Positions 1 to 9,020 of a stretch of DNA of 64,000 nt are shown piece by piece. The DNA is from Victivallales bacterium (GTDB lineage Bacteria > Verrucomicrobiota > Lentisphaeria > Victivallales > GWF2-38-69). The stretch spans positions 10,854 to 74,853 of the forward strand of contig JAIPJT010000007.1 of the NCBI GenBank assembly GCA_021733985.1, in the 5' to 3' direction. The number at the start of each line of letters is the position of its first letter. Position 1 is the first letter of the stretch. The position numbers were made by a program, and so were the translations under genes. The notes beneath the pieces were generated by a model, which made no database searches, was not told the origin of the DNA, and was given only the letters and a program-made list of their open reading frames with translations.

Positions 1-939
1 GCATTTATTGACAGCTTCCTTTGAAAGAGTAAATGAGTCGGTTCTCATATATGTGATAAGTCCTGAAGACTGCTCGGTGCCTTCGTAAAGCTGCTGTGCT
101 ATCTGCATTGTTTTACCTGCGTTAAAACGCAGTGTAGTGCCGGCTGTCTGCTGAAGCGTACTTGTAATGAATGGTGCAGGGGATTTTTTTCTTACAATTT
201 CCTTTTTAATATTTTTTATTGAACATAAATTACTGTTTTCAAGTGAATGATGAATCTTTTCGGCTTCATCCTTATTATTTATTTCAGTTTTTTTACCGTT
301 TATATGAAAAAGTCTGGATGAGTATTTTTTTGTATTATCATTTTTCCATAAAAAATCCGCTGTGAAATTCCAATATTCTTTAGGTATGAAACTAAGTATC
401 TCTTGTTCTCTTTCACAGATCATTCGAAGTGCTACGGACTGAACTCGTCCCGCACTTATATTACGCTTGATCCTTGACCACAGAAGCGGGCTTACCTGAT
501 AACCGACAAGTCTGTCCAGAATTCTTCGAGCCTGCTGGGAATCCACTAGGTTTTTGTCTATATCTCTGGGGGCATTAAAAGCATTTTTGATAGCATTCTT
601 TGTAATTTCATGAAATTCGACCCTGTTGAATTCAGCATCTGTTTTTTGGGAAAGGGTTTCTTTAAGATGCCATGCTATTGCTTCTCCCTCTCTATCCGGG
701 TCAGTTGCCAGATATATTTCGTCTGCATTTTCAGAGGCTTTTTTTAGGGAGTTCAGAGCCTTTGTATTGGAGATTATATATTTTGGGGAAAATTTGTTAT
801 TGATCTCGACTCCGAATGAATTTTTGGGAAGGTCTCTCACATGTCCCATTGATGCTAAAAGATTATAATTATTTCCGAGTATTCTAGATATGGTTCTGGC
901 CTTTGCAGGTGACTCTACTATAACAAGTTTATTTCCCAT
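1..939 (-). CDS. topA: DNA topoisomerase I, N-terminal part (continues beyond window edge)
   Basis: Minus-strand frame is open to position 1, with ATG (rc) at 937-939. The translation MGNKLVIVESPAKARTISRILGNNYNLLASMGHVRDLPKN... and ...EIYLATDPDREGEAIAWHLK matches the Toprim domain of type IA topoisomerase. It is absent from the ORF track because no stop lies inside the window. Confidence 0.85.
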   Translation of the reverse strand, partial: MGNKLVIVESPAKARTISRILGNNYNLLASMGHVRDLPKNSFGVEINNKFSPKYIISNTKALNSLKKASENADEIYLATDPDREGEAIAWHLKETLSQKTDAEFNRVEFHEITKNAIKNAFNAPRDIDKNLVDSQQARRILDRLVGYQVSPLLWSRIKRNISAGRVQSVALRMICEREQEILSFIPKEYWNFTADFLWKNDNTKKYSSRLFHINGKKTEINNKDEAEKIHHSLENSNLCSIKNIKKEIVRKKSPAPFITSTLQQTAGTTLRFNAGKTMQIAQQLYEGTEQSSGLITYMRTDSFTLSKEAVNKC

Positions 940-1119
940 ATTTAAACTATCCTTAAATTTAATAAATGATTTCATAAAAAGTATTAATCTTTGCATTAAT
1001 TTTCTTTTTTTCAATAATTAAAGTAAAGTTTAGATTAAAAAATAGAAAAATTAAAATTGTAATAAAAGTTTTAAAAAGTAATTTATATTAAAACCAAAGT
1101 TTAATAATTAGTGTTTAGT

Positions 1120-1297
1120 CAATGTCATTGAATTAAGGCAAAATTATTGGTTTTGCTACGTTAACGGAACCATCTGTCTTCGCTTGAAGCTATGCCAAGA
1201 CACCGGGGGGACTGTCCCTTCCACCAAGTATTCTGTATTTTGTGGAGGGAATCAATCCCTTGTTTCCGAGTTTAGAATCCTTAATTCAACGGCATTG
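1120..1297. mobile_element. MITE-like non-autonomous element (family 1), 178 bp
   Basis: 19-bp terminal inverted repeats CAATGTCATTGAATTAAGG (1120-1138) and CCTTAATTCAACGGCATTG (1279-1297) match 17/19. Both are flanked by the identical 10-mer AGTGTTTAGT (1110-1119 and 1298-1307). There is no ORF, and partial copies lie at 8749-8790 and 51118-51177. Confidence 0.6.
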
Positions 1298-1323
1298 AGT
1301 GTTTAGTAACAGGATATACAGCA

Positions 1324-2313
1324 ATGCTTGAAGGAAAAAAAATACTTGTTATAGATGAAAATAAAACTGACGTGGAAATAATAAAACTCCTGTTGAATAA
1401 TTATGATGTAAAAGCAAAAGATAGGTATCCTAACGTTATAAGACATATTATACAGGATAAGCCTGATTGTATTCTTCTTGCATGTAATAAAGGGGACGAG
1501 AAAGAGTTTGATTTATTAAATGCTCTCAAAAAAGATGATTTCGGCAGAAAGATCCCGGTGATAATGCTTTCAGAATACGATTCATCCGGCTTTGCTTTTG
1601 ATGTGATTCAGAACGGTGCAAGCGATTATTTAGTGAAAGGATATTTTTCAAAAAACAATCTTGTGAAATCTATTTTTCTTGCAATAGAAAGACAGAAACT
1701 GGTGAACACGGTTTATGAGCAGCAGAAGAAACTTGAAAAACTTTCAGTAATGGACGAACTTACCGGAATTAATAACCGCAGGTCGCTAATTGAGGAAATT
1801 GGAAAGAACATTGATATTTCAAAGAGATACAAGTTTCCTCTATCTGTAGCAATATGTGATATAGATGAATTCAAATCCATTAATGATGATTTCGGACATG
1901 TCGTGGGAGATATTGTCATAAAGGAAATAGCTTCTGTTATAAAATCGAGAATCAGGAAAGTGGATATAGCCGGAAGGCACGGTGGGGATGAATTTGTAAT
2001 AGTATTTCCTAATACAACAGTTACCAATGCGGCAAGAACTTCTGATTCTATACGGAAAAAAGTACTGCAGGCCTGCCGCAATTCGGATAAATTTAATCAG
2101 TCTAAAATGTTTAATGACGATGAAGAGGAAAAAGTTTCCCCTCTGAATGTTACACTTTCAATCGGCGTTGCAGATTTTACCCCATATGTTAATATTGCAG
2201 ATGACCTTATTGCAAGAGCAGATGAAGCGCTGTATTTTGCTAAAAAGAATGGGAGGAATATTGTTGCGTTTAAGTCTGAAGACGAAGATGTTCTGATATT
2301 TCCTAAAAAATAG
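1324..2313 (+). CDS. Response-regulator receiver domain fused to GGDEF diguanylate cyclase
   Basis: N-terminal CheY-like fold (ILVIDEN, IPVIMLS, DYLVKG). C-terminal GGDEF domain (LTGINNRRSL, RHGGDEFVIVF, ADEALYFAKKNGRN). AGGA lies 10 nt upstream of the ATG. Confidence 0.85.
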   Translation: MLEGKKILVIDENKTDVEIIKLLLNNYDVKAKDRYPNVIRHIIQDKPDCILLACNKGDEKEFDLLNALKKDDFGRKIPVIMLSEYDSSGFAFDVIQNGASDYLVKGYFSKNNLVKSIFLAIERQKLVNTVYEQQKKLEKLSVMDELTGINNRRSLIEEIGKNIDISKRYKFPLSVAICDIDEFKSINDDFGHVVGDIVIKEIASVIKSRIRKVDIAGRHGGDEFVIVFPNTTVTNAARTSDSIRKKVLQACRNSDKFNQSKMFNDDEEEKVSPLNVTLSIGVADFTPYVNIADDLIARADEALYFAKKNGRNIVAFKSEDEDVLIFPKK

Positions 2314-2351
2314 AAAATAATTATTAACAGTTAATTAGACGGAGAAAAAAA

Positions 2352-3032
2352 ATGATTAAGTTGACCTGGTACAGCCATGCATGCCTTATGCTTGAAACGA
2401 AAAGCGCAAAGATTCTTGTGGACCCTTTTATTACAGGCAATCCTTTGAGTCCAATAGATCCGGAGCGGTTAAAAGCAGATTATATTTTTGTATCTCATGG
2501 TCACGCTGACCATCTCGGAGATACAGAGTCTATTGCCCGGAACTGCAGTTCGACAGTTATCGCAAATCCTGAAATCAGCGGTTGGTTACAATCTAAAGGG
2601 ATAGAAAAAATACAGCATATTCAGATAGGGGGAGCTGTAAAGTTCCCCTGGGGAAAAGCTAAGATGACATATGCCACACACAGTTCATCACTCCCGGACG
2701 GGTCATACGGCGGGAATCCCGGCGGATTTATATTTTATGTAGGAGACAAAAAAATTTATCATGCCTGTGATACAGGGCTTTTCGGTGATATGACTTTGAT
2801 AGGAGAAGAAGGAATCGATATAGCTTTCCTGCCTATCGGAGATGCTTATACGATGGGAATAGAAGATTCAGTAAAGGCTGTAAATTTTATCAAACCGGAT
2901 AAAGTTGTTCCGATTCATTACGGTACTTTCGAACTGATTAGCCAGAATCCGGAAGACTGGGGTGAACAGATCAAAAAAGAAACAGATTCCGAACCGGTTA
3001 TTTTGCGCCCCGGAGATTCTATAAAATTATGA
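2352..3032 (+). CDS. UPF0173-family metal-dependent hydrolase (metallo-beta-lactamase fold)
   Basis: LVDPFITGNPL and SHGHADHLGD motifs, with near-collinear resemblance to YtkL-type UPF0173 proteins (..AFLPIGDAYTMG.., VPIHYGTF). GGAG SD present. Confidence 0.75.
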   Translation: MIKLTWYSHACLMLETKSAKILVDPFITGNPLSPIDPERLKADYIFVSHGHADHLGDTESIARNCSSTVIANPEISGWLQSKGIEKIQHIQIGGAVKFPWGKAKMTYATHSSSLPDGSYGGNPGGFIFYVGDKKIYHACDTGLFGDMTLIGEEGIDIAFLPIGDAYTMGIEDSVKAVNFIKPDKVVPIHYGTFELISQNPEDWGEQIKKETDSEPVILRPGDSIKL

Positions 3033-4180
3033 AAATAATTTTAACAAACTGCAGAATTATTTCTCCCGGCCTGGATATAAAAAACGGCACAATAGAAATT
3101 GTAGATGACAAAATAGTAGAAGCAACTTTTAGTACCGGCATCGAGTTTGAAGAAGACTGTAGAGTATATGATTTGGATGGGAAGACTGCAGTTCCCGGTT
3201 TTATTGATATTCATACACACGGAGCGGGCGGTTATGATTCAAGCAGTTGTACAGGAGAGGGGATAGAAAAAATTTCAGAACTTAAAATACGGGAAGGAGT
3301 AACAACTTTTTGCCCAACATTTCTTACAATTCCGAATAACCAGATGAAAAAATCGGCGGAAGCTGTTGAAAAGTATAAGACTAATAGAAAGTTTGCCAAG
3401 GTGTGCGGGATACATTTGGAAGGGCCGTATTTAAGCTTAAGTAATATTGGTGCGCAAAACCCCAATTTTGTAAGACCTCCCGACCTGAATGAAGTTCTGG
3501 AAATTGATAAAATAACAAAAGTTAAAATTGTTACTCTTGCTCCTGAAATTCCGGGGGGAGTTGAGTTAATTCAAGAACTGAAGAAGAGAGATATTGTTCC
3601 TTCATGCGGACACAGCGCTGCGGTTTACAGTGATTTTCTAAAAGCAAAAGGTTATGGTTTAAAACATTTAACTCATTTCTGTAACCAGATGACAAAACTT
3701 CACCATAGAGAAATTGGACTTGTCGGGGCTGGTTTACTTGATGATGATGTAATTATAGAAGTTATATGTGATAAAATTCATCTGATATCCGATATGATTC
3801 AGCTTGCTTTAAAATCCAGAACGGCAGATAAAATAGTTCTGATAACTGACAGTATGGCGGCGTCCTGGCTCGATGATGGAGAGTATGATCTTGGAGGACT
3901 GCCGGTAACCGTTAAAAATTCTGTTGCCACCCTTACAGAGAAAGGTAACTTAGCGGGAAGTACTTTAAAATATAATGCTGCTTTAAAAAATATCACTGAG
4001 ATTTCGGATATTCCTTTATCGGAGTTAATAAAGATGACAGGATTAAACCAGGCCGTAAGTCTTGGATTGGAGAATGTCGGGAGGCTTGAAAAAGGGTATA
4101 AGGCGGACATAACTGTTCTCAATAAAAACTTTGAACCGGAAATGGTTTTTGTAGAAGGCGAGCTTAAACTTGAAGCCTGA
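3029..4180 (+). CDS. nagA: N-acetylglucosamine-6-phosphate deacetylase
   Basis: PGFIDIHTHGAGGYD, GIHLEGPYLS and CGHSAA motifs of the NagA amidohydrolase family. The start overlaps the upstream stop (ATGA). Confidence 0.8.
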   Translation: MKIILTNCRIISPGLDIKNGTIEIVDDKIVEATFSTGIEFEEDCRVYDLDGKTAVPGFIDIHTHGAGGYDSSSCTGEGIEKISELKIREGVTTFCPTFLTIPNNQMKKSAEAVEKYKTNRKFAKVCGIHLEGPYLSLSNIGAQNPNFVRPPDLNEVLEIDKITKVKIVTLAPEIPGGVELIQELKKRDIVPSCGHSAAVYSDFLKAKGYGLKHLTHFCNQMTKLHHREIGLVGAGLLDDDVIIEVICDKIHLISDMIQLALKSRTADKIVLITDSMAASWLDDGEYDLGGLPVTVKNSVATLTEKGNLAGSTLKYNAALKNITEISDIPLSELIKMTGLNQAVSLGLENVGRLEKGYKADITVLNKNFEPEMVFVEGELKLEA

Positions 4181-4249
4181 AACAAAAAAGTTTTTTCAGC
4201 TCAGTATGAGTTCCCCGGCGTTAAAAGAACTGTGTGCACTGTTCAGGAC

Positions 4250-7200
4250 TTACCGTAAATTCTTTCGAATCTTTTCGTAGCATTTTTTCGCTTCTGCTAT
4301 TTTCCCTTTATTTTCTTTAAGCTTTTTATTGAGAAATGACAATAAATCGCCGGCATTTTTGTTCCCATTTTCTTTTGCAATTTTCAACCAGGCGTATGCA
4401 TACGGATAAGATTGTTTAACATAGAGGCCATCGTAATAAAATAAGCTTAATCTTGCCTGAGAGTAGGCATTTCCGCTAACTGCACTTTTTTTGAACCAAT
4501 TGAAAGATTTTCCCATGTTTTTTTTAACACCGTAACCGTTATAATACATATCGCCAATTTTAAATTGAGTACGGGGATCGTTAGTTTTTGCAGCAATTAT
4601 TTTGTAAATCATTAAGGCCTTTTGATAATCCCTGCTTAGGTTTGTTCCGTTATAATAACTGTCTGCTAAAATATTCAGTTCTTTTATATCCATTTTACTA
4701 ATAAACTTTTTAAAAAAACTTTCAGCCTTTAGATTGTTATTTTTAATTGCCTTATCGAGCCAGTAAAATGATTTAATGTATGATTTTTTAGTCCCCTTTC
4801 CGTAAAAGAATGCTTTTGACAAGTTAATTTGTGCATTAATATTACCATTTTTAGCACTGTTCCTGAACCAGTAAAAAGCATCTTCGTAATTTTTGACATC
4901 AGTAAGCATACAGCCTAAAAGGTTTTGCGCTTGTACATTGCCTCTGATAGCCGCTCTTTTACAACAATGTAAAGCACTTTGAATATTCTTCTCTGTTCCC
5001 TGTCCATGAAAATACATTTTTGCCAGGATATATATAGCATGGGAGTTGTTTTGGTTAGCTGCAGCTTTGTACCAGTGGAAAGCTTTTTTATAATTTTTGT
5101 TTAGGTAATTTCCATTATAATAAGATTTTGCTAATTTCAAAATAGCATCAATATTCTTTTTTGTTGCAGATATTTTATATATCTGATAAGCTAATTTTTT
5201 ATTTTTCGGAAACGGTTTTGATCCATCTTCAAGTTTTTCTGCAATCCTGAACAGATTTTCCCCTTTTATTTCATTTGTGATTTTAGATAACAAATTATCT
5301 GTATCGGGTTTGCCCTGAGTAATTGCTTTTGTTAGTAAGATAATTGCCCTGTTTAAATTTTTTTCTACATGCTGTCCAAGGAAAAACATTTTTGACAGCA
5401 TGTATTCACCATTTTTATTATTTAAATGTTTATACAGCTCAAAAGCTTTTTTATAATTTTGAGTAAGTTCTTTACCTGAATAATACATATCTGCAATTTG
5501 TAAGATCACTTTAGGAGGCATATTTTTAAGATATTTAATAAAAATTGAATTCAGATCAGTATTTTCATTTTTTGCAGATTCATCTAAGTAGTAAAATGCT
5601 TTAATATAAGATTGTTTAGTTCCTCTCCCATAAAAATAAAAATTTGATAGTTCAATATATGCACGGGTAGTTCCTGCTGCACTTTTCTTAAAACATTTAA
5701 ATGCTTTTTTATAATTTTTTTCTACACCCTGGCCTTTAGAGTCCATAATACCGACCATGTACTGAGAGTGTGAATCTCCTTTTTCTGCTGCTTTTAAATA
5801 CCATTCATAAGCAAGTCTGTAAGAATTAGCAGTACCATATTTCCCATAATAATATATGTTTCCTAACAGCTTAATACTCTGCAGATACCCTTTTTCCGCC
5901 GATAGGGTGATCAGTTTTATCGGGTCTGAATAATTACTGACAGATTTTGGATTTTGTTCATTTAAACTTTTTTCAGCAATATCATAAAGTTCTTTTCCTG
6001 ACAGTTCCACCAGTACTTTTTCATAAAAAAGATTCGTTTTTTCTTTATTACAGAATTTCTCTGCTTTTTCTATATAGTAAAAAAATTTCGTAATATCTTT
6101 TGAAGTACCGATTCCGTAAAAACTCATTTTAGCCAAATCAAAATATGCTTTTTTACATTTTGGTATACTTTTAACATACCAATCATATGCCATTTCTTTG
6201 TCTTTAACTGCCCCGTGGCCATTGGCATACATATTGCCTGTTAAATATTGTAAATATGCGTCGCCTGCTTCAGCCCCTTTTAATGCCCATTCAAATGCTT
6301 TATAATAATTTTTTTTAAAACCTCCTTTTCCGAAATAATATCTTTTAGCTAAAGTCCTTAAAGAATTAATGTTTCCTGCTTTAGCTTTTTTCAGTAAAGT
6401 TTTCCGTTGAAGTTTTATTGGGATTTTAACATTTAAAGGGGCGGTTTTAGTTGTTTTTTTATTTGAATTCAGGAGGATCATGAGAACTCCTGAAATTATG
6501 AAAATAAAAGCTATTCCTCCTATTATAAGCAAAAGCATTTTATTTCTGTTTGAAGATTTTAACTTTTGAATAGTATTATCAAAGTTATTGTCATATTCTG
6601 GGCGTTTCTCTGTTAAGTTACGGAAATCATCATGTTTAGTATGTTCATTTTCGTTTTTGCCGTTTATGGAAACTTCTTGTTGAGCAAAATCTTCTAATGG
6701 AATATTTTTATTCTGTGTTTGTTTTTTTAATTCATGATTACAGCCGGGGCATTGACCTTCAATCCACTGGGTATTTGTGAGATTTTTTTTACAGTTCGGA
6801 CACTGATAGGGTATATAGATTATAGCAATAAGAGCCGGTATGGAAAAAAACCCTCCGATTATTCCCCATATAACAGGATTGCGGTTTTTCTGTTTTGCAA
6901 AATAACCAATGATTATTCCAAAAACAAACCAGGAGAGAAGTAATATTAAGGAAATATATGGATTTTTGAGGTATAAACTCCATATTAAAAACAGGAATCC
7001 AATAATGATACTAAGGAGTGATATTCCTATAAGGTTTATAAGGCAGGCTTTTAAATACGTTATCCGAACGTTTTGAGGGTCTTTAATTACAATTCCTATA
7101 ATCGCAGCAGAAACAAAAAAATCTACAATAGCTGGAAGTATGATCGCAGCATCACAGATAGACGTAAAAGGATTATACAGGAGTAAAAGTAAGTTCATAT

Positions 7201-7438
7201 CGCACAATGTAGTAATTATTAAGAAAAAGAAGAGACCAGTCAAATAGCTTGTTGTACATGAGAAAAAACAGGCGAGATAAGCATGCCTGAAAGATGGGAT
7301 AAATTTACATACCCAGTATGTTGCTATTCGAAGAAGAACTGCACCCAGTAAAGAACCAACTACAGATATAACGAGAAAAATAGCTAATCTATTTAAAATT
7401 AATTCAATCATAATATTGATGATAACAATTACTTTCAC
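4250..7438 (-). CDS. Large membrane-anchored Sel1-repeat (SLR/TPR-like) protein with zinc ribbon
   Basis: 1062 aa. A polytopic hydrophobic region covers about the first 210 aa. This is followed by CPNC..(12)..CPGC, one further TM helix, then many repeats of the pattern G.(M/F)Y..G.G..K(N/D)..KA..W(Y/F)KK(A/S)A..G. Confidence 0.75.
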   Translation of the reverse strand: MKVIVIINIMIELILNRLAIFLVISVVGSLLGAVLLRIATYWVCKFIPSFRHAYLACFFSCTTSYLTGLFFFLIITTLCDMNLLLLLYNPFTSICDAAIILPAIVDFFVSAAIIGIVIKDPQNVRITYLKACLINLIGISLLSIIIGFLFLIWSLYLKNPYISLILLLSWFVFGIIIGYFAKQKNRNPVIWGIIGGFFSIPALIAIIYIPYQCPNCKKNLTNTQWIEGQCPGCNHELKKQTQNKNIPLEDFAQQEVSINGKNENEHTKHDDFRNLTEKRPEYDNNFDNTIQKLKSSNRNKMLLLIIGGIAFIFIISGVLMILLNSNKKTTKTAPLNVKIPIKLQRKTLLKKAKAGNINSLRTLAKRYYFGKGGFKKNYYKAFEWALKGAEAGDAYLQYLTGNMYANGHGAVKDKEMAYDWYVKSIPKCKKAYFDLAKMSFYGIGTSKDITKFFYYIEKAEKFCNKEKTNLFYEKVLVELSGKELYDIAEKSLNEQNPKSVSNYSDPIKLITLSAEKGYLQSIKLLGNIYYYGKYGTANSYRLAYEWYLKAAEKGDSHSQYMVGIMDSKGQGVEKNYKKAFKCFKKSAAGTTRAYIELSNFYFYGRGTKQSYIKAFYYLDESAKNENTDLNSIFIKYLKNMPPKVILQIADMYYSGKELTQNYKKAFELYKHLNNKNGEYMLSKMFFLGQHVEKNLNRAIILLTKAITQGKPDTDNLLSKITNEIKGENLFRIAEKLEDGSKPFPKNKKLAYQIYKISATKKNIDAILKLAKSYYNGNYLNKNYKKAFHWYKAAANQNNSHAIYILAKMYFHGQGTEKNIQSALHCCKRAAIRGNVQAQNLLGCMLTDVKNYEDAFYWFRNSAKNGNINAQINLSKAFFYGKGTKKSYIKSFYWLDKAIKNNNLKAESFFKKFISKMDIKELNILADSYYNGTNLSRDYQKALMIYKIIAAKTNDPRTQFKIGDMYYNGYGVKKNMGKSFNWFKKSAVSGNAYSQARLSLFYYDGLYVKQSYPYAYAWLKIAKENGNKNAGDLLSFLNKKLKENKGKIAEAKKCYEKIRKNLR

Positions 7439-7490
7439 TAAATAAAGAGAAAGTTATCCAAATTTTTTAATTTATTATTTTTTAAGTAAT

Positions 7491-8381
7491 TTACAAAGTT
7501 TTTTCTGATAGTTCTCTGTCAAGAATAATTTTATGAGGCTTAATGTCGAATTCCTGGAATTTTTTTATAAGATTGGTCCTTATTTCATGTTTCAGCTGCC
7601 ATGCGGCGGCGGGAGAGTTTGCCCATGCGGCAATCCAGCACATGACACTTTCTTTATTTGTTTCATATACCCAGAATTTCGGCTGTTCATGTCCTGCAAA
7701 GTACCTGCTGGATTTGGCAGATTCAATTGCAATTTCTTCTATGGTTTTTATATTCGAATCGTAAGATATAAGGAATTCTACATGTGCCCACTGATAGTTA
7801 TCGGACAAAGTACAGTTAGTAAAATCTTTAGTGAGCATAGTGCTGTTTGGAATCAGATATCTTCTCCAGTTCCAAAGCTTTATAATAGTGTGGCTAATAG
7901 TCAGATCTTCGACAGTTCCATAACTTTTATCGATAATTACAGTATCCCCTATTCTAATTGACTTGGAAAGGCTCAGAACAACCCCGGAAATCATGTTTTC
8001 AATGAATGGCCTGGCGGCAACACCGATTATTACACCTAATGTACCAATGAAAACAGATATAAGTGTTGCCGGAATCTGATTGAGAAAGGGAAAAATTAAA
8101 AAAACAGCCCATATGATAATAATTAAAACAATAAAAGACTTTTTGATAATAGAGAAATTTAAGTCTACTGTCCCCAGGGCCGCTTCCTTTGCATCAACCA
8201 GAGGTTCATTAAGCGGTGTAGTAGTTTTAATTGCTTCGAATCTTTTTAAAGACTTAATTCGATTTCGTTTTTTTCTTTCAACAATATTAATCCAGTGCAT
8301 CAGGAGCCATATTAAAATCGGACCGCAAATGCCGACTATTATGATATAGACAAATTTTACATCATTTAAAAAGAAGGACAT
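7491..8381 (-). CDS. Mechanosensitive ion channel, MscS family
   Basis: Three N-terminal TM helices followed by an MscS beta-domain signature (ENMISGVVLSLSKSIRIGDTVII..GTVEDLTISHTIIKLWNWRRYLIPNS). Confidence 0.7.
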   Translation of the reverse strand: MSFFLNDVKFVYIIIVGICGPILIWLLMHWINIVERKKRNRIKSLKRFEAIKTTTPLNEPLVDAKEAALGTVDLNFSIIKKSFIVLIIIIWAVFLIFPFLNQIPATLISVFIGTLGVIIGVAARPFIENMISGVVLSLSKSIRIGDTVIIDKSYGTVEDLTISHTIIKLWNWRRYLIPNSTMLTKDFTNCTLSDNYQWAHVEFLISYDSNIKTIEEIAIESAKSSRYFAGHEQPKFWVYETNKESVMCWIAAWANSPAAAWQLKHEIRTNLIKKFQEFDIKPHKIILDRELSEKTL

Positions 8382-8748
8382 GATAGATATCTATTTGTTG
8401 GTTTTTTTAATAACATTTAATAAAATAATAATTTCACTGAGTTTTATAACCAAGATATTTAAGGAAAGTTATAAACTGCTTCAAAATAAATTGGTTGCAA
8501 AATATTAAGCCTTTCTGTACGACAATAAATCATTATATGGTTAAAGATTGTTTTTGCAATGAATTTTAACTAAAGTTTCCGGTTTCAAGTTTCTCTCTAA
8601 TTGAGCTAAGCCAAAGAGCTGATTTTAATTTTTGTATTTTTTCTGCTGTTTCTATGCTTTAAAGATAATAGAACCTGAATTCATCTCTTTCTTCATCAGG
8701 TAAAGGCACGAGTCTTGTTGTTGGATATTCAGTAAGCACGACGGCTGA

Positions 8749-8790
8749 GATTCCGAAAGTATAATCCTTAATACAACGGCATTGAGTGTT
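8749..8790 (+). repeat. Right-end fragment of the family-1 MITE
   Basis: TTCCGAAAGTATAATCCTTAATACAACGGCATTGAGTGTT aligns with 1264-1303 of the full element (TTCCGAGTTTAGAATCCTTAATTCAACGGCATTGAGTGTT). No left end is nearby. Confidence 0.5.
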
Positions 8791-8816
8791 GCTTATCACC
8801 CCCTGTCTACTATGGG

Positions 8817-9020
8817 GCGGCTGTGAATTTTCATTTTCATTAGCGCTTAACGCCTAAAAAACTGATACAATGTTTCCGAAAATGCCTTTTTTTGGACGTT
8901 TTACGATTTTTCTGAAAAAATCCGATACTACAGCATCGAAATATTTCAGAAAAAAGCCAAAAACCGCCTCAAAATAATAGGCCGCAGAGCATGAAACCTT
9001 TTCGTGGACCGTCTAACTAT
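8817..9020 (+). repeat. Expanded or degenerate copy of the family-2 intergenic repeat
   Basis: The 5' end GCGGCTGTGAATTTTCAT and 3' end TGAAACCTTTTCGTGGACCGTCTAACTAT match the two ends of the ~100-nt repeats at 34214 and 46479. They are separated here by about 150 nt of unrelated sequence. Confidence 0.4.

Noticed and set aside
626-868. 80-aa plus-strand ORF
   Set aside because: It is antisense to the topA Toprim-domain coding sequence, which has unambiguous conserved motifs.
8870-8977. 35-aa basic plus-strand ORF (MFPKMPFFGRFTIFLKKSDTTASKYFRKKPKTASK) inside the expanded repeat copy
   Set aside because: It has no SD, lies inside repeat-associated sequence, and has no recognisable features. 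It cannot be supported from the sequence alone.
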